Source: Octopus vulgaris | Lineage: Eukaryota | DNA: 64,000 bases | Direction: 5' to 3' | NCBI GenBank assembly: GCA_951406725.2 | Contig: OX597819.1 | Coordinates: 77,252,001-77,316,000, forward strand | Shown: in pieces, positions 43,874-64,000 of the stretch | How the letters are laid out: each line of letters starts with the position of its first letter | Numbering within the stretch: position 1 is the first letter of the stretch | Notes under the pieces: generated by a model | Seen by the model: the letters and a program-made list of their open reading frames with translations, nothing else | What the model was told of the DNA's origin: nothing | Database searches by the model: none | Translations under genes and position numbers: made by a program

Positions 43874-43878
<5 letters not shown>
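43524..43878. repeat. Nested palindromes of a ~65-bp unit embedded in (TA)n
   Basis: GGAAAAACAAGTCAAGATAGAA...CATTTCAG occurs forward at 43524, 43685 and 43826, reversed ending at 43656, and partially reversed near 43780. Confidence 0.85.
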
Positions 43879-43937
<59 letters not shown>

Positions 43938-46900
43938 CATATATATCCTTCTACGTGACCGGTGTTCAGCCAAGCCTGACCTTTTTTGGTTCGACTACCA
44001 TCCGTATAGCATCTCTTGTATTCTTTCCCATGACTTTCATCTTCTATTCTCCTGCAAAGACGATCTGGTACTCGACCGAAGATTGAAAGCTCCGAATGAC
44101 CCGTCCTTGTCTTTTCCTGTCCTTCCTTCTTTTATTATTGTACTGAAGACCAACAAGATAGCAGCAGAGAAATCAGAAGAACATCCCAACTCTCTCAGTA
44201 AATTTTTGCTCTAAATTCAGTTACAGTTTTACTTCCTTAAAAATAGCAGTGCATAGTGAACTATAATTGCTCTTAAAGACACAAACATATATATGCTTCG
44301 AAATTGCAGCATTTATATCACCGTCAATTAACATCGAGTCATACAGTTTAACAGCTACGTTTTGTAATACGATTAGCATATCATAGTCTTGTTGGTTTAG
44401 TTCCTAAGATAGACATTCAATTATTTATTTATTTATTCATTGGATAAGGCACTTTACTCATGAAATTACAATATTATTTGCAAGTGACATATCCCATGCC
44501 AACACTAGGAGACGTTTCCTTTTTAGTAGTACTTATGTCTCTAAGTTTGCTCAATTTACTATAAATCTAATATTCATATCAACCGAATAACATTCACCTT
44601 GGGGACCAAAAAACTGATTACTCAGTTCCACTTGCTTGTCACGGAGCATAAAACATATTAAGCAAATTCCCCCTCATCTTGAGGTGCCATTCTATTACCG
44701 ACAACATTCTCAGAGAAATCCTGATGCCTATTTTCAATGGTTTAGTGCTTTGTGGTAATATAGAAGCGAACTGACACAGTTGTTAAAGTATTTGAATAAA
44801 GCCTCAGAATATTTGTTCTGACATTCTAGGTTCTGAGTTCAAATCTTGCCAAAGTCAGTTTTGCCTTGAATCCTATCAGCATCGATAAAAGAAGTACCAA
44901 TCCAGGGTGAATGGATTGGCAGAACTGTTACAAGATCGGCTGAGATGCCTTCTTTGCTCTTTGATAGCAACGTCTGCGACGACACTAGTGTCAAGTTGTA
45001 TCGGCCTAAGTCGGGAGTCTTTTACTTGGATATATACTGGTGTCCTAGACAGGTGAGATTTACATGCATGAGCTATTGCTAGTCTTCCTTAAAAATCTTG
45101 CTCAGTGGGGTTGCACATATTTGTGCTGATGCATGGTCAACATTAATGACTTCGTGTTTAGTAGAAATATAGAAAAAATTCTTCTTCTTATCCAGTGATG
45201 TTTCAAAATACATGCAGCGAATTAGAATACAAGTACCTCATAATAAGCGCCAGCATTTCGCTTCTGTATCCCACCCAGTAAAATCAAACTGTAAAGTAAA
45301 TGGTGAAGGCTTAGATCGGCAACGATTGTAATGAAATGTAATAAACTTGATGACACCTAAAAATTTTCTTTGAATTTTACGAGCCATAGGTACAGGTATG
45401 ACATATATATATTTATATATCTATAGAGACAGGTACAAAATATGTAGCCAGAGGTAGAGGCTCGAAATATTTACCTATACGTAGTGACACATATGTACTT
45501 ATACATACCGGTACAAATAACTGCCTATAGGAAGACAATCACAGTAATAACCATTATGTAATTATACCAAGTAAGTCGTTATGGATAAATATACAACGAA
45601 AATTTTAAGCGAAAGCTTTACTACATGGAAATCGGCAAAAAGCAACAGTTATTATTAGTACTATTATTACAAGGTTAGTGGGTCGGCTGATTGGTTAGAG
45701 TGTCGGACAAAATTCGCTATGGTATTTTCTTCCAACGCTTTACATTCTAGATTCAAATTCCACGGAGGTTAACTTTTACTTTCCTCTCTCCAGGGTCGTT
45801 AAAATAAAATACCAGCCAACTCCTACCATTTAAACAGCTTAAATATGAATCAATCGTTAGTATTACTACTGCGACGAGTGATGGTATCTTTTGATTACTT
45901 TTAGCAAAGAAATCCTCTTAATTTCCCTTACCTCTCCTTATTAACTAAAGGTATGAAATTAAATACGTATAGGTAAATATACATCTATTTCTGACTACAT
46001 ATGTAGAGTAGTCACATATAGTATTCATTTCATACCTGTCTCAACCTAAGTTTGAAATATAGACCTTTTTTCTACCAAAATATTAAGAGGACATTGCGAC
46101 ACTTTGTGAGTGGGGGCAACTTTATCGACCTATCTCTAAACAAAGCAAGCTGGATATAAAATTCTTAGACAGAAAATACTGGGCGTAACAATCGTCGCTC
46201 CCATACAAATGGTAGAATGATATACAAAATGGAACAAAAATAGAATAAAATTGTGATATGACATTTCTTATCGATTGAATTTTTAGAACATTCTCAAACC
46301 CATGAGATGTAATTTCTGTGCTGACTCAGATTTCATAAATGACAGCAATGTTGAACCAGGTTTTTGAAAAAGAATGTGGTAAGAAAACTCAAAATAGTGG
46401 TCTTAACAAAAAGTATTCAGTTGCTAGATGAACTAAATTCCTGTTCGTGAGATTAGCGTTTAAGTGGTTAAGTATTTCACAGATACGTACAACTGTAATA
46501 AAAATTTTAGATTGAGTTTTAAGCTATTGATTCCGAAGTATAAAAGGCATATTTGAAAGTGGCAGGATTTGACATTGGAATAAAGAAATCTGGAACGAAG
46601 TTCGCAAGGAATTCTATTCAACGCTATAGCGATACTGATAATTTGCTATTTCGAAGGCACAAAACAAGAGCAACATGAATAATGTAGGAGATACTAATAA
46701 GTAAGTAGAAAAAAGTCATAAAGTGCATAAAAATATGATTTTCTTTCTCAGACACCAAGTCATATGTTTAAAGGTCAATCAGGCTAAACAGGATACTCTA
46801 AAGCTAGTGGTTATAAGGCAGAGTCTATTACAGCAGGATTAGAATTTAGGACTAAGGTGAGACGTGAAAATATTGGTTTCGAGTTTGGGTACAAGGCCAG

Positions 46901-47344
46901 CAATTTTGGGGTGGTTGATTACATCGACCCAAATTATCAACAAAGGAGAGATGGCGAGTCGACCACGCCAAAATTTGAACTCAGAACGTGAAGATGGACG
47001 AAATGCCGTTAAGGAAACAATTTGTCCGGTGTGATAACACTTCTGCCGGATGGTTGCCTTAGAAAAACGTGACAATACTAAATTGTAGAGTAATGTTTTG
47101 TTTTGCGTTCATCCCTTATTCTCATTTTGCTGTGCAGTAGCTATAAAAATAATTTTAACACCATTTCACACTATATATAAAAGTACATTATTCTGATATC
47201 TATCTATCTATCCCTCTACATACATACATACACATATATGGGGTATATAGTATACATATGATTGGTACATATAAAAATACATATATATGGTATATACATA
47301 TATATATGTATATACATATATATATGTATATACATATATATATG

Positions 47345-47460
<116 letters not shown>

Positions 47461-47755
47461 AATAAATTAGATAAACGGGAGTGAGATACTACTAGTTTTA
47501 TGTTCGGATAGTGCATTAAACGGTTAGGTTTGTATATTGTGCCCGGAACAGTCGTTCACCTTCAAATGCATTTGAGATAGCGATTACCGGAACGTATATG
47601 ATACGCCATACAAACCCATGTGATTACTGTAGTATCCGAATATCCGAGCATGAAACTTGAAATAGCTCACGTATAACTACAGTATTCATTAAATTATATC
47701 TAACCATCGCCGGATAGAATACTTAATTGTTGATCGTACCAACAAGCGAATAGTA

Positions 47756-47832
<77 letters not shown>

Positions 47833-47941
47833 TAGATATAGATATATAGATAGATACATACATACATATATACATACATAGATAGATATATATATATATA
47901 GATAGATAGATAGATAGATAGATAGACAGATACAAATCTAT

Positions 47942-48015
<74 letters not shown>

Positions 48016-48604
48016 TATATATAAGCAATAAATTCATACATATATATTTGAGTGTGTATGTGGTGTGTGTGTTTGCTGTTAAATATATAGATATATAGGA
48101 CGTTACACTGCATTAAGGATTTTCTGATTCTCCCCATAGTCGTCGACCGTGTCACCTTACTTATATATCTGAGATGCAGTTGCATGCCCTTGATATAATT
48201 TGCCTGTCTGTCTACAGACAACCTAACGGAATCCTCAGTAGGGAAACATGCAATTTCTTTCTTTTTGCCGCGTTTTATTTTTCCTTGTTTATTCTGATGC
48301 TGAGGTCCCCTAATTTTTATTTCTTTAAGTTTATTGATGTATTTAAGAAAGATATTGAGATGTTTAAACCTAGCTTTGGTGAATCTTATCTCCATATTAT
48401 CGCCAGCGTAAGTCTGTATGCTGACCTTTTTGTTAAAAGACAAGCTGGTGGAACAAATCCTGTGTATCAGGATCTATAGAGAAAGGTAGAATATTCTTAT
48501 ACATTTGCTAACCTCGATCATTTTCACACATAATTTCCAAGTTGTGATATTTTTATACAAGTGTTTTTTTTTATGAATTTCTTAATATATGAATAATGAT
48601 AATC

Positions 48605-53275
<4,671 letters not shown>

Positions 53276-54638
53276 AAGTTATAAGTAATAATTGGGAAAA
53301 ATGCGAGGCGCCATTTGATTTGGTTTTTCATTTTTTTTTTTTTTTTTGGCAATACGTCAACCTGCATTTTTTGGATCTTCGTCAATCATACAATAAAAAA
53401 AAATACAAGATTCAACAATAAAATTAAAAATACAATACAGTGCAAGAAGAAAAAATCAACAACTTATACAAAATACAAAAAAAAAAAAAAGTTACTGAGT
53501 GAAAAAATCTGTCGACTTAAAAAGTTTACAAATGTGACAAAAATCTTTACAAAATATTTTACGAAATGTTTCCCCATCATTAATTACTTTTTAAATATTT
53601 ATTTATATTTGTCTCAAGATATTAAAAAATATTCAAAGCAATAGAAACATATTCAATATAGACTTTCGGTCTCTTTCTTTCTTTCCTTTTTCTTTCTTTT
53701 TTTTTTTTTTTGCAATGCTTTTCAAATATTTTTTCTTCAGTGTACTTATAATGATATTTTTAAAAATTATTTTTTTCCATAGATTTTTTATATAATAATG
53801 AAAATCATCTATAATGTCTTTTATCGCTTTTGTAACAACTGTAACAACTGTTTTTGCTAAATTTGACCACAAAAGAGGAGCAATGTAGGGCGGTATTGGA
53901 ATATAAATACAATGCGTTATTGAAGTTACCACAACACACACACACACCAACAACTTCATTTCTGTTTGACTGTAAAAAAAATTAGATTAATATATAGTAT
54001 AGTACATTCCTTTAATCCCACAGTCTACGGCCCTGCATTATATATATATATATATATCTTGGGGGCGTTGTTTTTTTTTTCTTTATATGTACACAGAAAT
54101 ATAAAACATATTCAACCAACTTTAAATATATTACAGAAATATCACTACTTCAAGTTTTATAGCATATATTTTATATAAAAAATTTTCTATATATATATAT
54201 ACATACTGTATACATACACACATCCACACAATTTATTCTATATAACATATATCTTCGTGATATATATTTATGTATGCATGTATATGCGTAAGGAAATATA
54301 TATATGTATGTATGTATATATATATATGTATGTATGTATATATATTCGAATATATATATATTTGAATGCACACACACGCGCACATAGACACACACATACA
54401 CACACCAAAGAACAGTAATTTAATAACAACTAGTATTACAGACAACTTTAAGAAACATCTCCAAGCGTCTGTATGTGTGTAAGTATGTGTATGTGTGTAT
54501 GGGTCGGCGTATCTTAGGTGTTCTCTTAGTGAGCATGTTTGTATATGCGTGTACGCCTTACTATATTACTTTTTATCTGTGTTTGTATTTGTATAATTAT
54601 CTGTGTGAGTGAAAATCGAAACATTATCATCATCATCC

Positions 54639-54682
<44 letters not shown>

Positions 54683-54908
54683 ATTATTATTATTATTAGG
54701 TTACTTTTATCCCGTAGTTTCTGAACAGTAATATATAACCAAATACTTCTGTACATAACAAATAACATTGTGATAGTAAGTCACGCTCAAGATATTTTTC
54801 ATTAGCTTTCATAACGACGCCCCCGGCATGGCCACACTCATTTGGCTGGAACCAACAAAAGAGTATATTTTTACGAACCATCTCTCTCCTCCTTTCTCCT
54901 TCTCCTCT

Positions 54909-54939
<31 letters not shown>

Positions 54940-56144
54940 GGTCTCTCTCTACTCACACACAAATGTTGAACGACTTAAGGAAAAGAATATGCGAAAGATG
55001 TAGAGTATATGTTTTGAAATGAATATTCATCTCGCAACATGAGTTTCACATCACTACGTTTGTATGATGAGAACGGTTACAACTCGGTGTGGCTGTTTAT
55101 TTAATACCTACGACAAAAAAATATATAGCTAATCAAAACACAAATACAACAACTACCCAACAGACAAAGACATACGCGCATACACACACACACGCGCACA
55201 CACACACACACACACAAATCAACAGAAACCAACGAATATAAATGAACAACCACATGAATTTGTAGCAGTTCTTGCCTGAAGATCGCAGATCCATGAAACT
55301 TCTGTCTTGAGATGAACATTAAGCATATATATATATATATATAGATATATATAAACACAAACACATACGCACACTCACAGTCTTCCCATAGAAGCTCGCT
55401 GTAAAAACTATTTAGTCCCTTGACGTTGTTCAGACAAGTGTTAAATATAATTTCAATCAGTACTTTTCCTAAACATATTACAGAAATCGTTTCCATTTCC
55501 TCGCTTTCCTTATGTTGGAGCAAAAAGTTTGTCAATAATTACATACCACAGCATTCTGCAAATATATAAATTAATTACTATACAGCGTTACTCATCGATT
55601 TATATATATATATATATAGATAGATAGATATGTATATATTATATTATATTATATTATATTATATTATATATAAGATATATATATATATATATATTATAAA
55701 TATGCTTTTGTATATACTTTACCATTCCTGTATAGGAATAAAATTTCTATTTACTTTGTGTATAGTGTCACGTGCAATTATTTTGACTTGTTTTTGTCAA
55801 AATTTACATACCACCTGAACATTATCAGTTGTCCGTAGCTCTTTCAATATCTGACAGAATGAAAAGAAAGAACGATATGATATTGGTTAAATTGGCTACA
55901 TTGGAAGAAGTGATGAAGTCTAATTTTTTTTTTACATAGAAACCTTCCAGCTGAAGGCAGGTGATCTTTCTTTAACCATCTCCTTTTACCACCCCATCTC
56001 TGTCTGTCACGTTTTACTATTCATTTAAGTCTCATCCATTAGTATTTCTTTGCATTAAGACAAGATATAAATATTTTTCCATTTGAAATAATTAATATGT
56101 ATTAAAATGTAAAACTACTTTGAGTGCAAGTGCACGCATCACCC

Positions 56145-56185
<41 letters not shown>

Positions 56186-57337
56186 TATATATATATATAA
56201 GTGTGTGTGTGTGTGTGTATACATATATATATATGTACATATATACTATATATATATATACAATATATATGTATACATATATACAATATATATATATGCA
56301 CTTGTGCATGTATCATTATTTTGACTAATTCTGATTCCTTCACTTTCTAAGTTCTTGTACCTATAGTGAGAGAGTGAGTGGGTACGTGCTATTAGTGTAT
56401 ATATTCGTGTTTATGTGTGTGTTTGTGTTTATCTTTATATGTCTGATGTTAGAAAACGTGTGAAGGTAGATAAGAATGGACAATCCAGTCAAATAAAACG
56501 GTTAATCTCATAATCAAGAATCTTCCCTGAAATATCTCGAGTTCACTTAGTTGAAGATCCTCCAACTATTTTAAGTTGATTGGTAGAAGAGTAAGGGAAA
56601 GTCGAAGGAAGAACATAAAGGAGTTGATCCTGGAAAAATCCAGTGGGAGAAAAATAACGGAAGAATAAAAAAATATCAAAATAGATGTTACAGGTAAGTG
56701 GAGGGGGAAATAGAAGAAGATTAAACAAAATTAAGGCGGTTAAAAGAGGAAAGGTAGATCTCTAGAACAAGAATATTTTAGAGTGGATTGTTAAATAATT
56801 ATGAAATAATAATGAAGAGAAAAATGAACAAAAGAAAGGGACAGAAGAGGAGGGCAAAGAGAAAGAAGATGATAATGAAGGCAGGAGATAAAACAAAGTG
56901 ATGAAGTTAAACATAGTAATGAAATGAATACCAAAAGAAAGATAATATTTAAAAAGTTAACTAGGGAGGAAGAAAGTAAAGAAATTGAGGAAAATAATTA
57001 AGCAGTTTTAAAAAATGAGAAAAGCTAAAAGACGATTGGTAAAAAGAGAATTGGAGCTTGTGAAGACAATGATGAAATAAAATAACTTCAATCATAGACA
57101 CTAGGGGGCCATTAAACTGAGTCCTGTATTTAACTGGTACTTTATTCAGTTAATGTTGAAATAATGATAGAGGAGGAGAAGATTAAGAAGATAGAGCAAG
57201 ATCTAGAACAAGCACAAGAAGAAATAGAATCGGTACTTCAATCTATGTATAACGACGGTATTTTAATTCACGCGACAACGAGGTTAGAGATGAGAGTAAT
57301 CCCGCACCTATATTGTTTAGTGCGGTATGTCGACGGT

Positions 57338-57379
<42 letters not shown>

Positions 57380-57816
57380 AGGGGCGGAAAAGAGAGAGAA
57401 GACGTTATAAAGCACAGATAAAATTTGTTTGTTTTAAGTCACTAACAACAAATATTTCATCTCCTTCACACAACTGGGATTTGTTCCACCTCAACTGACA
57501 CAAACAAAAAGATAGGAAAAAAAAAATTAAAATATAGAATACGAAAACAAATATATATATAGTCAAAAGGTAAGAGAGGTTAGAAAACCCAATAGCTGAG
57601 AGGTCGAACTGATTAGCATTTCTGTGTCTTCATCGTAGACTAAGTCACATAATTGTGAAAAAGGAGAAAAGGGAAGAAAGATAAATTCCCCTCTCAGCGC
57701 AAATATGACACAGACGTCTAACTGTTTCCTCACTTCTAGATTCACTCTCTTTCCTCTTCTTTGGATGACAGTCACCGAAATAGGAATTTACATGGAACAC
57801 TGATGCGGCCATTCAC

Positions 57817-57894
57817 TCATAGAAAGATCGGTTCGGCCTCTTGTCGCTGCACGTGCTTTGGAAGCTCCGACGGTTGAATCATTTTCCTAAGTCT
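57817..57894 (-). CDS. SLC6A4: SLC6/SERT-like terminal coding exon
   Basis: U-rich tract then ttgcAG acceptor; phase 0 RLRKMIQPSELPKHVQRQEAEPIFL-TGA completes the SLC6 C-terminal 'ERL....QP' pattern. Confidence 0.85.
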   Translation of the reverse strand, partial: RLRKMIQPSELPKHVQRQEAEPIFL

Positions 57895-59045
57895 CTGCAA
57901 AAATTATTAAAAAAAAATATTGACATTTGACACATAAAATCATGGACATTATATATATGTTTTTGTAAATGTGTGGTGTTTATATGTATATGTGTATGTG
58001 TGTGTGTAAATATATATATATCGTGATGTGTGTGTGTTTGAAGTGGTTTTGTTTGCGTATGAGTGGGCATGTTTCTTAAGTACAATAGATATATAGTTTA
58101 ACGAAATGCCTTGTAATTTTGAATGTAGCATCAAAATTACATCAAATCGAGAGACGTAATGTGATATTTTTCATAATTTTCTTCTCCCATTCCACATTGA
58201 AATAATATAATGTAATTAATAAACTCAGTTACTTCGTACTGGAGATATTCAGCCCAATCGAAATCGCTGCTAAATACAAGTATTGAGGATTTTTAGTTAA
58301 AACAAGAAAGGAAAATGAATTAGATAAATGCATAAAGTGTATATGATACGCTTCATTCCATGAAACTCAAACTTATTTCACTAACGAAAAAAGAAATGAA
58401 AATTATAATACAATTACATTTGACAAGACTATTCTCTCCCTTCCCGTAGAAATGCACAACCAACGAAACAACAGCTAACAGTATGTTATTTGGTACATAC
58501 ATGTAGAATGTGTGTGTGTGTGTAAGATCGTGTACTATTGTTAAAAGCAGGATACGTGAATCATATGAAGTTATGAAAATCGAAATGCCCAGGTAGGTAA
58601 CGATCTTGAACCCCAACTGCTTCTCACGACTTGTGTCATATGTCACAAAACTTGTAAGTCAATATCTGGACTTAAAAGATATATGCTAGCTCACAAAAAC
58701 ATTCTTTCAAAATCGGATTCCAATGGGCAAAAATATAGAAGAAATTTGAATAATATCTGTCAGTGCAAGGGCATCATCCACACATCTCCACTGCAGATTG
58801 TCCAGTGTTAGCGTAGCTAGAATCCACTCAAGTCTAAATCCCGGTTGAAGACCGATGAATTACTGGTAGTTAGTGATTTTACGAGAGCAGAATGTCTACG
58901 TGCTTAAAGGCTTCAGTCAAAAGTTATTTTCACGCATCTGCCAGTCTGCTTGTTATTATTTGTCCATATGCAAACTCGTCGCTTACATCCCACATAACCA
59001 CATTTACATATCACCGGTTGCATAATTACATTGCATAAAACATAC

Positions 59046-60040
59046 CTATTTCTTTATTACCCAGAAGGGGCTAAACATAGAGGGGACAAACAAGGACAGA
59101 CATAGGTATTAAGTCGATTACATCGACCCCAGTGCGTAACTGGTACTTAATTTATCGACCCCTAAAGGATGAAAGGCAAAGTTGACCTCGGCAGAATTTG
59201 AACTCAGAACGTAATGGCAGACGAAATACCGCTAAGCATTTCGCCCGGCGTGCTAACGATTCTGCCAGCTCGCCGCCTAAAACATACCAATGTTTGTACA
59301 CGCATACACACATACATACACGCATACATGCACACATACATACATGCATACGTGCATACATGTTTGCATACATTATGTGTGTGTTTGTGTTTGTAAGCGC
59401 TGTGTGTAACATTCCTGTAAACAAGGACACTACTGTTAAATTGACGAAAGCTTCGTTCTCTTCCGATATGGCATCGTCTTGAAATACACAAGGAAGGAGA
59501 CCGAGAATTATCAGAACCATCAGTCCTGCTCATATTGAAGGTAAGCCCTTGAACGTAAAGTTTGAGACAAGCATTATTTTAATGGCATAGTCAGAGTAAG
59601 ATCATCTTCTATAACCTTCTGCAAGCAAATCCCTCCGATTTTTGGGCTTTGGGCTATCTTTAGACGGGAGGTTTTATATAAATGCTTGCAACAGAAGGAA
59701 ACCCTATAAAGGCGACGAATTTAGAACGAATCCATTCGACTAGCTTAGAAACTCAGTGACACGGTTTCAGTAGACACCGATATCACGCGAGAAGACACTT
59801 TAATACCTATTTCTTTATTACCCGCAAGGGGCTAAACATAGAGGGGACAAACAAGGACAGACATAGGTATTAAGTCGATTACATCGACCCCAGTGTGTAA
59901 CTGGTACTTAATTCATCGACCCCGAAAGGATGAAAGGTAAAGTCGACCTCGGCGGAATTTGAACTCACAACGTAACGGCAGACGAAATACCGCTAAGCAT
60001 TTCGCCCGACATGCTAACGTTTCTGCCAGCTCGCCACCTT
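59046..60040 (-). mobile_element. Two young SINE A copies (59046-59278, 59806-60040) in the last SERT-like intron
   Basis: Near-identical to each other; TSD-like TAAAACATACC and AGACACTTT.ATACC. Confidence 0.9.
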
Positions 60041-60194
60041 TAATAGACACTTTTATACCACTTTAATAAAGAGTCGCGTCATTGTCAAGCGATTTGTCTT
60101 AACGACATGATACTACTCGTACCGAAAAAACATGGCTAGCGTCAATTAGGGCTGTATAGATGTTGAAATAGAAGTTTAAATGATTAATACTTAC

Positions 60195-60362
60195 CTCACA
60201 CACTGATCCTTCCAATGTGAAGAATTTATATATTATATAAAGCGGAATGCATATTAAAGAAGAACACACTATAATCCAACCAATTCCGATAGACCACGAC
60301 GGGTATTGATAAGTTCCGTACACTGGGCCACTGTCACTCACTACAGATAAAGTGAATAACAT
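60195..60362 (-). CDS. SLC6A4: SLC6/SERT-like exon, TM12 region
   Basis: Acceptor ctccacAG, donor GAG|GTAAGT, 168 nt, phase 0: [60 protein letters not shown]...GW...CSS..CIP.YIIYKFF is close to Drosophila SERT as I recall it. Confidence 0.92.
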
Positions 60363-60489
60363 CTGTGGAGAGGATACAGGAAAAAATATATATATACATA
60401 TTTAATGTCGAAAACAAACATTTCAGCGCCAAAAAATATAAAATAAATTTATACTTTTATTGTTTATGCTTTGCAGAGCTATTTTATGC

Positions 60490-62320
<1,831 letters not shown>

Positions 62321-62411
62321 ATGAATTAGGTACTTAAGTTGAGGCACCAGAATTTAGTACGGTATTATCCATACAACTTCAAAACAATTTCAAAATAAGG
62401 TGATCAAAATC

Positions 62412-62990
<579 letters not shown>

Positions 62991-63007
62991 TATATACATA
63001 TGCACAC

Positions 63008-63118
<111 letters not shown>

Positions 63119-63229
63119 AATGTAGGTAGTTAGGTATAGATACATACCATACATACGTGCATTCATACATAGGTTTTCAATTAGTCTTTTGGTGGAATTG
63201 TGTTGAAATATAGATAATTAAATACTTGC

Positions 63230-63330
63230 CAACAAGAAGACTGGGCTGACCACCGCCCAACAGCCACGCCAAAAGATACCTGGGCGGGTACCGATCATGG
63301 ATTCGATATCATCACTAAATCTGTTCACTC
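63230..63330 (-). CDS. SLC6A4: SLC6 (serotonin-transporter-like) internal exon, TM11 region
   Basis: Acceptor attctAG at 63332-63331; 101 nt encoding (G)[33 protein letters not shown], the classic SLC6 'G..RF..D...M.G..PG.FWR.CW...SP.FLL' motif; donor TTG|GCAAGT. Gene symbol inferred from similarity to insect/vertebrate SERT. Confidence 0.9.
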
Positions 63331-63392
63331 CTAGAATAATGATTATTGATAGTAATATTAACGATAATAGTGACAGCATTATAATAATAATG

Positions 63393-63449
<57 letters not shown>

Positions 63450-63452
<3 letters not shown>

Positions 63453-63925
63453 CTGGAGGCGGAGAAATGCAAAATTTTGTGGGATTTTCCGATTCAAATG
63501 GATAAGAAGCTAGAAAAATAACAGACTAGACATGACAATAATAGACAAGGTAAAGCGAAGCTGCTTTCTAGTTGATCCATCATGCCCACTTGATCCCAGG
63601 TTTGTAAAGAAAGGGTATGAAAAGCAAAAGACTTATAATCCCTTAAAATTTGAAATTGCAAGAAACTGTAAAGGTTGTGCCTTTAATAATTGGTGCAATG
63701 GGAACTGTAAGTAAATATATAGACAAATATTTGAAGGAAATTGAAATAGAATGTCCTGTAGAGCTTCTACAGAATGTTTGCCGCTTAGGAGCAGGGGAGA
63801 TTATCGGGAGGGTCTTCAAGTTCTTGAAAGACCATTGGAAGCTTGTGGATACCTAAGGTTGCAGGTAGCAACCCGCTACCCACATAAATTCTACCAGGAA
63901 TAAGAACGAACCTGATAAAATCAAT
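63450..63925 (+). mobile_element. Degenerate R4/Dong-like RLE fragment
   Basis: [14 protein letters not shown]..., DMTIIDK...LVDPSCPLD, VVPLIIGAMGTV, LLQNVCRLG with frameshifts; preceded by (AAT)n. Confidence 0.85.
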
Positions 63926-64000
63926 AACAATAACTATAGTCGTAACTGTTTTAGGTTCATGTTCACGTGATATTTGCGGAATATAATTTGTCTCGTTATT

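Noticed and set aside
45426-46041. Patchy inverted similarity (GAGACAGGTA, ATATTTACCTATACGTA)
   Set aside because: Short, gapped blocks with no defined ends or ribozyme motif.
46250-46800. Possible piggyBac transposase relic (DE..IP.R.RLAFK across frameshifts)
   Set aside because: It needs several frameshifts, and I found no TTAA-flanked TIRs.
55270-55320. CTGAAGA...GAAA...TC motif
   Set aside because: Stems I and II do not pair; expected by chance.

Overview
AT-rich, microsatellite-saturated eukaryotic DNA. The SINE families and repeat landscape look like octopus/cephalopod genomic DNA (inference). Almost all ORFs in the track are microsatellite artefacts. The only convincing host gene is the 3' end of an SLC6 neurotransmitter:sodium symporter on the minus strand, most like the serotonin transporter (exons 63330-63230, 60362-60195, 57894-57817), which needs a GC-AG intron to stay in frame. 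The rest is mobile DNA: tRNA-headed SINEs, often in tandem within (AAT)n; RLE-type, CR1-type and Tx1/L1-type LINE fragments; Tc1/mariner, hAT and pogo relics; a non-autonomous Helitron; and a tRNA-Phe pseudogene. The most interesting signal is a set of mutually dissimilar fold-back elements next to (TA)n tracts (39.2, 40.6, 43.5, 62.4 kb). Their arms carry minimal type I hammerhead ribozyme motifs with palindromic stem III, and one copy (40899-40970) has a fully intact core and stems. There is also a visible switch from CpG-decayed to CpG-retaining DNA near 16.9 kb.
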